From positions 7,943 to 71,942 of the forward strand of contig DASVPS010000281.1 in assembly GCA_036389555.1 (NCBI GenBank): a stretch of DNA of 64,000 nucleotides, written 5' to 3'. This document shows positions 57,601 through 64,000 of the stretch, in pieces. Source of the stretch: Pyrinomonadaceae bacterium (GTDB lineage Bacteria; Acidobacteriota; Blastocatellia; Pyrinomonadales; Pyrinomonadaceae). Below the pieces are notes generated by a model. The model did not search any database. It was not told the DNA's origin and worked only from the letters and a program-made list of their open reading frames with translations. The position numbers were made by a program, and so were the translations under genes. The first letter of the stretch is position 1. Each line of letters opens with the position of its first letter.

Positions 57601-60510
57601 GAGCAGCCCCTTTTCCTGACCTCGGCCGCAGAGCAGGCCGCGCTTGCAGCGATCACCACCGCCGACAAGACTTTTATACGCCTCACCTGGGACTACAACC
57701 ACGGGCAAGAGCTAATCGATTACCACCGCGAGATCAATGGCGAACTCCTCTCCGGCTACGCGGAACTGCCGGATGCCCAAGAGCTGTTCGCCGAAGACAT
57801 CGAGATCTATTTCCGCGACAGCATCCCCAACGCCGTAGGCGGTCAGGTCGTGTCGGTGACCAATGACGCGAATCCGATCTTGGCCGTCGTGACCACGGGC
57901 GAGTATGTATTCGACAGCATGGGCACCGATCCTGTGACCGGTCTACCCGTCGAAAGTCTCATTCCCGATCTGCCGGTTGCGCTGGAGCCGAACTTCATCG
58001 GCGGGCTGCTCGTCGTGGACGGGATCAACTACCCGATCCATGCCATCGACAACAGCGGAATCTACCCCAAGTTCACCGTCTTCAAAGTGGACGTCGACGG
58101 CAATGCGGTGGGCTTGGATACCAGCATTCCCCCTTCGGAACTGAGCGCCCCACCCGTGAACGGCCTCTTCACCGCCGTGGAGAACATGGCCGCCACCGCC
58201 AATTGGGGAGCCGGTAACCCGCTTGGCCTACTCGCCCACGTGGAGCCGACCACCATCCACCGCGAAGAAGTCCACGTGCGTCAACCCGATGGCACCATCG
58301 ACACGCACGTCCACAAGTTCCGGGGTGTGTACCGTAACGCGCTCATCGAGGCTGTGCTGGAAGACCACGACGCTGACGAGGCCGATGGCGTGGACCCGAG
58401 CGACACGCCACGCATCCATCAAGGCTTGTACAAGCTCACCTTCACGGGCTTTGCCATGCCGCAGCATTCGCAGGCAGGCGGGTCAGGCCATCGGATCGAG
58501 TTCAACAATGGCGTGTTGCGTATCCACACGACGGCCTCGCCCACCGGGGCGCGTAAGGAACTTACCGTGGTGCGTACAGAGAACATCGGCACCTCAAGCG
58601 ACCTCGTGTTGTACGCGGCCGACACCAGCTTCGTCGTGGGCGACCCCACCTATGACGCCATCCCGCTCGGAGTGCAGTCCGTAAACTACTACCCCGGTTA
58701 CCGCGCTTACCTGTTCGCGGACGCGCCGCACAACCTGACGGAGGCCAACACCTTGCCGAGCGGTGATGCCCACGTGCGCTACACCATCTTCGGTCTCCGC
58801 TGCCACGATTCTGCGCTCGGGTACTACTCGAAGATGTCGGTGCCTGCCCTCATGTTTGCACAGGCTGTGAGTGAGCCACAGCAGCCCAGGCTGCCCGAAG
58901 GCGGCGTCTATGCCACACGTCCCGATTTCTACGGCAAGTCCACCTTCACCTTCACGACCCTCTTCGAGCATGCGCCTTATTGCGTACAATACCTGCGCGC
59001 CAGCGACATCCAGATTTTGCGTGCGCTCTACACCACGGACGACGGGGGCAACCCGGCAACATGGACTGTGGAACGCATACAGGAGGAGATTTTCGGCAAC
59101 GGTGCAGACGAGTGGTTCGACGACCGCTGGCGCAATCTGACGGGACTAAACTACACCTATCCGTCCAACCCCTCCAACAACGGGCGCTTTGAGGAGTTGC
59201 CGGCGGGCGGGACGGCGCTACCGCTGCCCAACAACCCCAAGTTCTTCGCGGCCGTGAATGCTTTCATCGACAGCCACAATGCCTTCTATGGCACCTCGAT
59301 CCCGCACCTGATTACCATCTCCTCCTTGCATCAGGTGGTGATCCCTGCCTCTGCCGTCAACGCAGAGCTTCAGGTCAAGGACTTCCTCCGAGAGACCATC
59401 CAGAACTGCTTCCTCCCCCTCACGGAGATTCCGATCATCTACCAGCACATCAAGGGCTTGAGCTACGAGCCAATCCCCAAGAAGCAAGTGGTGCGCGACC
59501 GCAACGGCGTGCTGTTGTCTCCCGGTCATCCGGATTTCGACATGGCGCCGATGGTCAAGAAGGTGGGACCCGACCCATCCGCCGCTCCGCCGAAAGTGCT
59601 GAACGAGACGCAGTTCACCGACTTCAATCTGGACGGAGCTTCAAATGCTCATTACTTCTACGCGGTCAGGGAATTCAACCTCAAGATGCAGGCCGGCGCG
59701 TTCAGCCCCGTCCTCGGGCCGGTTCACATGGTTAACGCCGCCCCGCCGCGTGCGCCGGAGGTGATCAAGGTCACGCCGATTCTGGAGCAACGCGATCTGG
59801 ACATCGCGCCCGCCATCGAACTTCGCATCAATGGCTACCTGGCGGTGCAGCACATCAAGACGCTTCAGGTCTATCGCGCTACGAACGGCCTCGACGCACG
59901 CTCGGTACGCACCATGACCAAGCTGCCCGAGATCGACGTGGAGGCCACAGGAATGGCCTCCGACACCGTCTGGCTGATCAGGGACGATTTTTCAGACCTC
60001 GGCTACGTGCCCTATGGCGACCCGCTCTTCTACGTGCTCACTGTGTCGCGTGCTGTAGAGTACCTTGATCGCGAAGGCATTCTGGTCGCGGACGTCGTGC
60101 CTTCCGAACCGTCCAAGATGGTGCTCACTAACATCGTGGAGAACTACAATCCCGACCCGCCCAAGCTGAAATACTATTCGACTCCGGTGAATGGAAGCGG
60201 TGAGTTGGAGCAGGTCACGCTTGTCTGGGACAAGAAGGTTCACAACGGGAAATACCACCTTTACCAGCGCAACGCCGATGGCAACTGGATCGAGATCGCG
60301 ATGGTGCAGGATAACTCTGCCCGGGTCGTGCTGGCCTTGGCCTCCTCGTCCCTTGGCAGTGGCACGCTTCAGGTGCAGGATGGCAGCGGTAATCCCATCT
60401 ACCATCACTTCAAGGTGGTCTCAGAGAACTTCGCCGGCATGATCAGCCGAGACGAGGAGATTCTCACCATTCACCAGCCCGCGCTCTGGGAGGACATCTC
60501 TACCCTGTAG
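54622..60510 (+). CDS. Giant protein C (1962 aa): N-terminal propeller-like module paralogous to protein B, long unknown middle, FN3-like C-terminal repeats
   Basis: Uninterrupted 5.9-kb ORF starting 30 nt after B. MTFVNQYINPPLTL... aligns with TFVNQYTNPDLTL... inside B. The C-terminal segments APPRAPEVIKVTP...VYRATNG and PDPPKLKYY...VTLVWDKKVHNGKYHLYQRNADGNWIEI look like fibronectin-III-type sandwiches. Confidence 0.8.
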   Translation: MTFVNQYINPPLTLGNAATFLEDKDPFLYAVGHAGRQAVVIKTRTDGSTVWAHGLMIGQLELRFYDIVQLRGTKGICYVISAYSGEQFYLVCIDTAGQQLWMAEVFTRDADLHVFMVANARRDGFYLAYSDKNDLDSSLSPKVLHMDADGSLLAERQLFVLDEKHNGFVLNTIGAHAEGLIVAGRLIANPSIGCTMVLKEDLTGEVVMAYPGMTIQNMLVYSAERYVVSAYSNADDSVVLMQEGFGTPDEYLVVPKSANMDSVLCFASKGFLLSVLNPSRGELYFVDHDGQVQWRKGTVIDNNALGVRSMSYEPALDRVSFTTVDVSLLGLTGSDFDPCIVYPISHEAFRRQPLKAYRLQARTEEFKVSLEGSKGEWQKIETRPVPVCDPKGDVKDEPPLQVDRNALLQSPHLYLQAAGSLGADSTKGIHLRWLLKRALATHLPKANYAVPFVNFNKPEDFVRIYRASYSARVRSVDFREKPQLLNPYEWVYQSAGELFYLYFLNRARYDQVRAGIDPALDPQGFLTAYGNALLELEHKTKLAFAVQFLFTFLNSASVVDLELRSVEENKFTAPRAVSLRQHYVTQQLNQKKLFSENIRSVRFRASQAVLMQVSFEFYADYLSASLEQGGWKFIGEYALTKDNVVAFQRLEPTPGSVHGNWLRYNDGAHVNIDNYRQKWDSGALPPENRIRETVKKYIALSDDPTNPEAKELIFYNDPAATPIPGFEPEEDFDPSDNQFELSNLFLLQIASLDYHIARMLGLGTLDLSVDIMAGSYVYLAEYITLADLQDGLGARRVQHLYMSLPTSLQDQRRPLPVDLKEPVPGVIFGPDTEAPAVLTDSDGYSQDGHTRYLSLFHEPLPEEPVDAPFFQPAFLFVSAERTLPVYAGIEYRQTGAPDWVKPELPFDPAWLNVDATVSDDFKQETRHVVIPDPLYPVFVHRERQTGWHDYSSYGINWFSRATASAVVQSIETNIIPNNLLLPPTNVNALLVVREQPLFLTSAAEQAALAAITTADKTFIRLTWDYNHGQELIDYHREINGELLSGYAELPDAQELFAEDIEIYFRDSIPNAVGGQVVSVTNDANPILAVVTTGEYVFDSMGTDPVTGLPVESLIPDLPVALEPNFIGGLLVVDGINYPIHAIDNSGIYPKFTVFKVDVDGNAVGLDTSIPPSELSAPPVNGLFTAVENMAATANWGAGNPLGLLAHVEPTTIHREEVHVRQPDGTIDTHVHKFRGVYRNALIEAVLEDHDADEADGVDPSDTPRIHQGLYKLTFTGFAMPQHSQAGGSGHRIEFNNGVLRIHTTASPTGARKELTVVRTENIGTSSDLVLYAADTSFVVGDPTYDAIPLGVQSVNYYPGYRAYLFADAPHNLTEANTLPSGDAHVRYTIFGLRCHDSALGYYSKMSVPALMFAQAVSEPQQPRLPEGGVYATRPDFYGKSTFTFTTLFEHAPYCVQYLRASDIQILRALYTTDDGGNPATWTVERIQEEIFGNGADEWFDDRWRNLTGLNYTYPSNPSNNGRFEELPAGGTALPLPNNPKFFAAVNAFIDSHNAFYGTSIPHLITISSLHQVVIPASAVNAELQVKDFLRETIQNCFLPLTEIPIIYQHIKGLSYEPIPKKQVVRDRNGVLLSPGHPDFDMAPMVKKVGPDPSAAPPKVLNETQFTDFNLDGASNAHYFYAVREFNLKMQAGAFSPVLGPVHMVNAAPPRAPEVIKVTPILEQRDLDIAPAIELRINGYLAVQHIKTLQVYRATNGLDARSVRTMTKLPEIDVEATGMASDTVWLIRDDFSDLGYVPYGDPLFYVLTVSRAVEYLDREGILVADVVPSEPSKMVLTNIVENYNPDPPKLKYYSTPVNGSGELEQVTLVWDKKVHNGKYHLYQRNADGNWIEIAMVQDNSARVVLALASSSLGSGTLQVQDGSGNPIYHHFKVVSENFAGMISRDEEILTIHQPALWEDISTL

Positions 60511-60775
60511 TGAAAGTATGTGGGGATTCTCGCCCCGGCAGTTTTACACAGTCATCAATCTTAAGAGCCTTAGAGTCAATCGAAAGCTGCTTAGCGAAGT
60601 GCACTCGAAGAACTTTTGCGCTTCAAAATAATCTATGCAACACAGCCCGGAAGGGGTAGTGTTGTAAAGATTAGTATAGCCACAAATATTAGTGGCGAGA
60701 GGATGGCTATGGCCTCAATATCCGATGTGGTCAGAAAGTCTTTGCAATGCTAGCTGGATTCCTTAGATCACGCGA

Positions 60776-60790
60776 GGGCACAACAACTGC
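60776..60790 (+). promoter_or_regulatory. Possible sigma-54-type promoter (weak match)
   Basis: GGGCAC-AACAA-CTGC has the GG-N10-GC spacing and 9 of 10 consensus positions of TGGCAC-N5-TTGC. It lies 30 nt upstream of TTG 60820, which is very close to the start codon. Confidence 0.25.
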
Positions 60791-60819
60791 GTCAACAATA
60801 CAAAAGGAGTCTGAGGATT

Positions 60820-63006
60820 TTGAAAAGTAGCACGTCACGCGCTCTCGTCATCGGGCGCGCGTTGAGAAACTTCGCCCGGTTAAGCAATAGGCAGCGCTCC
60901 TCCACGCGGATATTATCAATTCTCGCAGGCCTCATGCTCTCTCTGTTGTGGGCGGCGTCGGCTGCGAAGGGTCAAGCGGTGCCGCCCGCTAATTTCAAAG
61001 TCGCCTTCATGGGCGACCAGTCTCTGGGCGGGAATGCCGTAGCCGTCCTGAATCTGATCAAGGCCGAGGGCACGCAGGCCGTCCTGCACTCGGGGGATTT
61101 TGACTACTTCGATAACCCCGCCGCCTGGGAGGCACAAATCAACGGAGTGCTCGGCGCTGATTTCCCCTACTTTGCGACCATCGGTAATCACGATATGGCC
61201 GCGTGGAGAGGGGCAGGAGGGTATCAGCAATACTTGGTGAACCGATTCAATCGCTTAGGCGTGAGTTGGGAGGGAGACCTGGGGGTACAGTCGTCCTTCC
61301 ACTACAAGGGCATCTTTTTCGTTCTCACCGCCCCCGGGCTTGCCGGTTTCGATAGCGGAGCCTCAGGCCTCTACATCAGGGATCGGCTCGCGGCGGATCG
61401 CTCTCTGTGGAGCGTGTCCAGTTGGCATACGAACATGAGGTTGATGCAGGCGGGCGGGAAGCCGGATGAGGCCGGGTGGGGAGTGTATGAGGAGTCGCGA
61501 AAAGGCGGCGCGATTATCGCCACCGCGCACGAACACTCTTACAGCCGCACACACCTTCTCAGCAGCATGTTGAACCAGACTGTGGCGAGCACCTCTAACA
61601 CTCTGACCCTGACTAAAGGCCACAGCTTTGCATTCGTCTCCGGGTTGGGCGGGCACAGCGTCCGCCCACAACTCCTCTCCGGCGACTGGTGGGCTCACAT
61701 CTACGCCTCCACCTGTTTGGCTAATGACCCCGTGTGCCGGCCGGGTGCGACACATGGCGCGCTCTTCGGCGTCTTCAATGTTGATGGGCGACCCGACAAG
61801 GCGTTTTTTTACTTCAAGGACATCAACGGGCGGGTGGTGGATAGTTTTACGGTGCTGAGCGGCGTGGAGATACCACTGGCCGTCAGTGAGTTCCGCCTGC
61901 GCGGTTCCGGCGGCGCGAGCGACGAATTCGTAGAAATCTATAACGGCAGTGATTCGGACTTGACCGTTAATTCCTTCGACGGCTCCGCCGGGTTCGCGCT
62001 TGCCGCCTCCGACGGGACAATGCGCTTCCACATCCCGAACGGCACGCTGATCCCCGCACGCGGGCACTATCTCGGCGTCAACTCCAACGGCTACTCACTC
62101 GGCTCGTATGCGCCGAGCGACACAGCTTATACCGCAGACATTCCAGACGGTGCCGGCCTCGCGCTCTTCAACACCGCGAATCCGGCGAACTTCACTCTCG
62201 CCAACAGGCTCGATGCCGTGGGTTCGACCGCTGAAAGCAATCCGCTCTACAGGGAAGGGACGGGCTATCCTGTGATTGCGCCCGCCGACATCCAATACAG
62301 CTATTACCGTGACATGCGGGCGGGCGTGCAGACAGACACGAACAACAACGCAGACGATTTGCAACTGGTATCGATCTCCGGGTTTGTCGGCCAGACGCAA
62401 ACCAAACTCGGCGCGCCCGGCCCCGAGAATCTGACCAGCCCCGTGCAGCGCAACGCGCAGGTGAAAAGCTCGCTCGTCGATCCTCAATGCGCCGGGTTCG
62501 GCTCGATAGCGAGCGCCTGCGCGCGAGTGCGTACGGCTGAAGGCGCGAACCCGCAAAATGCCGCGTTCGGCACCTTGCGCATCCGGCGCAAGTTCACCAA
62601 CAAGACCGGCGCGCCGGTCACGCGCTTGCGCTTCCGCGTGGTGGATATCACGACGACGCCTGAACCGGGCGTGGCCGACCTGCGCGTCTTGGGCGGAACA
62701 GGGAGTTTCGACGTGACCGATACGAACGGCGGCACTGTAACCATCCAGCGCCTGACGCTGGAGCAGCCGCCCACACAACCGAACGGCGGCGGCTTCAACT
62801 CAACGGTGTCGGCGGGCACCATCAGGCTCGGAGCGCCGCTCATTGAGAACAACTCGATCAACGTAGAGTTTCTCTTAGGCGTCATGCAAAACGGGAACTT
62901 CCGCTTCCTCCTCAACGTCGAAGCGTTGACCGCCCCGGCGACAGACCCACCCGGCGCGACCGGGGCTGCCGGTATGAAGGCTGCGGGCAGCAGGAAGCGC
63001 AAGTAG
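60820..63006 (+). CDS. Secreted calcineurin-like metallophosphoesterase fused to a lamin-tail domain (LTD) and C-terminal beta-rich region
   Basis: TTG start after AAGGAG and a signal peptide (...LLWAASAAKGQA). Phosphoesterase motifs FMGDQS, HSGDFDY and TIGNHD. LTD signature SEFRLRGSGGASDEFVEIYNGSDSDL. Confidence 0.75.
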   Translation: MKSSTSRALVIGRALRNFARLSNRQRSSTRILSILAGLMLSLLWAASAAKGQAVPPANFKVAFMGDQSLGGNAVAVLNLIKAEGTQAVLHSGDFDYFDNPAAWEAQINGVLGADFPYFATIGNHDMAAWRGAGGYQQYLVNRFNRLGVSWEGDLGVQSSFHYKGIFFVLTAPGLAGFDSGASGLYIRDRLAADRSLWSVSSWHTNMRLMQAGGKPDEAGWGVYEESRKGGAIIATAHEHSYSRTHLLSSMLNQTVASTSNTLTLTKGHSFAFVSGLGGHSVRPQLLSGDWWAHIYASTCLANDPVCRPGATHGALFGVFNVDGRPDKAFFYFKDINGRVVDSFTVLSGVEIPLAVSEFRLRGSGGASDEFVEIYNGSDSDLTVNSFDGSAGFALAASDGTMRFHIPNGTLIPARGHYLGVNSNGYSLGSYAPSDTAYTADIPDGAGLALFNTANPANFTLANRLDAVGSTAESNPLYREGTGYPVIAPADIQYSYYRDMRAGVQTDTNNNADDLQLVSISGFVGQTQTKLGAPGPENLTSPVQRNAQVKSSLVDPQCAGFGSIASACARVRTAEGANPQNAAFGTLRIRRKFTNKTGAPVTRLRFRVVDITTTPEPGVADLRVLGGTGSFDVTDTNGGTVTIQRLTLEQPPTQPNGGGFNSTVSAGTIRLGAPLIENNSINVEFLLGVMQNGNFRFLLNVEALTAPATDPPGATGAAGMKAAGSRKRK

Positions 63007-63209
63007 AAGCCAGGATGGTTTGCGCACTGCGTAAATCAAAACAATTTGACAATCGGGAAAAGCGGAGCGCATCATGCGGCCGCTCGAATGTTTCGTGGGC
63101 TGAACCTTAGAGTCTCTGCGCACCCTTGCCTCTGACGCTCGGCCTCAACATACATGCCCACGTCGGCGACGCAATCCGTCTTTACAACCTTTCAAACGAG
63201 GAGACACAC

Positions 63210-63719
63210 ATGCTCACGCCGCGAAGACTAATCTCCTGCGCGCTCTTTTTAATGACCACTTTCGCTGCGACCTCCGCGCAGACTACTGAGGTCGGAAGAC
63301 AAAGGACGGCCGCCACGACGAACATCGCCCCGGCCGCGGCCTCCAGGACGCACAGCGAAGCACTCGGTTCTCAGGGCAGTGATACAACCCCCGCAGGCAT
63401 GGTCGCTTTCTTCTCGCCGACCACGACCGCGTGCCCTGCGGGTTGGGTCGCGCAAAACGCCCCGCGCGGGCGTCTGATTCTGGGCGTGACCAGCGCCTCC
63501 AGAGTCGGGGTAACATTCGGCCTGCCGATGGGCGACAGGACGCCGCCGATCCACTCGCACACGTATTCGGCCGACGTCAAAATGAGTTCCAAGTCGCTAC
63601 AGGCCGGCAAAGGTAACAACAAAGACGGCGCGAAGGCCAAGACCTACAAGATTAACAAATCCACGGACGCGGCTACGCTGGAACTCCCGTTCTACCAGTT
63701 AGTCATCTGTCAAAAATAG
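63210..63719 (+). CDS. Small secreted protein with CPAGW motif
   Basis: ATG 63210 follows GAGGAG. Signal peptide LISCALFLMTTFAATSAQT. The motif is VAFFSPTTTACPAGWV...RGRLILG. It is paralogous to the next ORF. Confidence 0.65.
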   Translation: MLTPRRLISCALFLMTTFAATSAQTTEVGRQRTAATTNIAPAAASRTHSEALGSQGSDTTPAGMVAFFSPTTTACPAGWVAQNAPRGRLILGVTSASRVGVTFGLPMGDRTPPIHSHTYSADVKMSSKSLQAGKGNNKDGAKAKTYKINKSTDAATLELPFYQLVICQK

Positions 63720-63735
63720 TAGCGAGGAGGACGCA

Positions 63736-64000
63736 ATGTTAATGTCGAAAGCACAGGTCGGATCGAGAGCGTGGATGCGGGCTTTGCTGGGTTTCCTTGC
63801 GGCGATAGGGATTTTATGTGTGACGACGCGGCAAGCTCAGCTTCAGACATCCGGCGACCCTTACCCGACCAACTCAATCGCCTACTTCTCTACGGGTCAA
63901 TGCCCCGCAGGGTGGTCGCCTTATGCCCCCGCCAACGGGCTGTTCATCGTCCCGACACCCAGAGGGGGAACGAACGGGCAAATCTTCGGGACGCCGCTCG
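63736..64000 (+). CDS. Small secreted CPAGW-motif protein, paralogue of 63210-63719 (partial, runs off window)
   Basis: ATG 63736 follows GAGGAGG. Signal peptide ALLGFLAAIGILCVTT. The motif is IAYFSTGQCPAGWSPY...NGLFIV. Confidence 0.6.
   Translation, partial: MLMSKAQVGSRAWMRALLGFLAAIGILCVTTRQAQLQTSGDPYPTNSIAYFSTGQCPAGWSPYAPANGLFIVPTPRGGTNGQIFGTPL

Noticed and set aside
43288-60510. Identification of the giant operon as a Tc (ABC) toxin, RHS/YD-repeat toxin, eCIS/T6SS or RTX locus
   Set aside because: I could not see YD/RHS repeats, GGxGxD nonapeptides, sheath, tube or baseplate-sized genes, or AAA+ ATPases. The similarity is only one of scale. A profile search could still reveal remote homology, so this is a rejection of the label, not of the possibility.

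Overview
High-GC bacterial chromosomal window. The taxon cannot be determined from sequence alone, though the gene content looks like a soil bacterium or Acidobacteria. Positions 1-40.9 kb are ordinary, densely packed core genome. They carry gyrA, hutU and hutH (not adjacent), tadA, a fused moaD-moaE, a beta-carbonic anhydrase, plsC, and suhB- and cysQ-type phosphatases. They also carry a PLP decarboxylase, a histidine kinase / sigma-54 activator pair followed by a consensus sigma-54 promoter and a stand-alone receiver, a secreted 1327-aa WD40+caspase protein, cell-wall enzymes (M23, L,D-transpeptidase, beta-lactamase-like) and several hydrolases. Most of the larger intergenic gaps in this part hold a long hairpin whose arms are tandem 7-nt words (several word families, twelve copies). 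A tRNA-Ser(CGA) at 40888-40977 marks a sharp change. The remaining ~23 kb has visibly lower GC, none of the heptamer hairpins, and gene relics at its left edge. It encodes a DUF4071/TPR protein with a TIR-like/deoxyribosyltransferase-like N-domain and a ~17-kb co-directional operon for proteins of 1247, ~127, ~2390 and 1962 aa. I cannot assign that operon to any described system. Its only recognisable parts are an alpha/beta-hydrolase GHSRGG domain, a ~385-aa propeller-like module duplicated between the two largest proteins, and FN3-like C-terminal repeats. Secreted proteins follow it: a metallophosphoesterase + lamin-tail-domain protein and two small CPAGW paralogues. This island operon is the best candidate for an undescribed system. 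An apparent frameshift in a DUF3667 gene and several tandem repeats are also reported. All family calls come from reading motifs in the supplied translations; no database search was possible.
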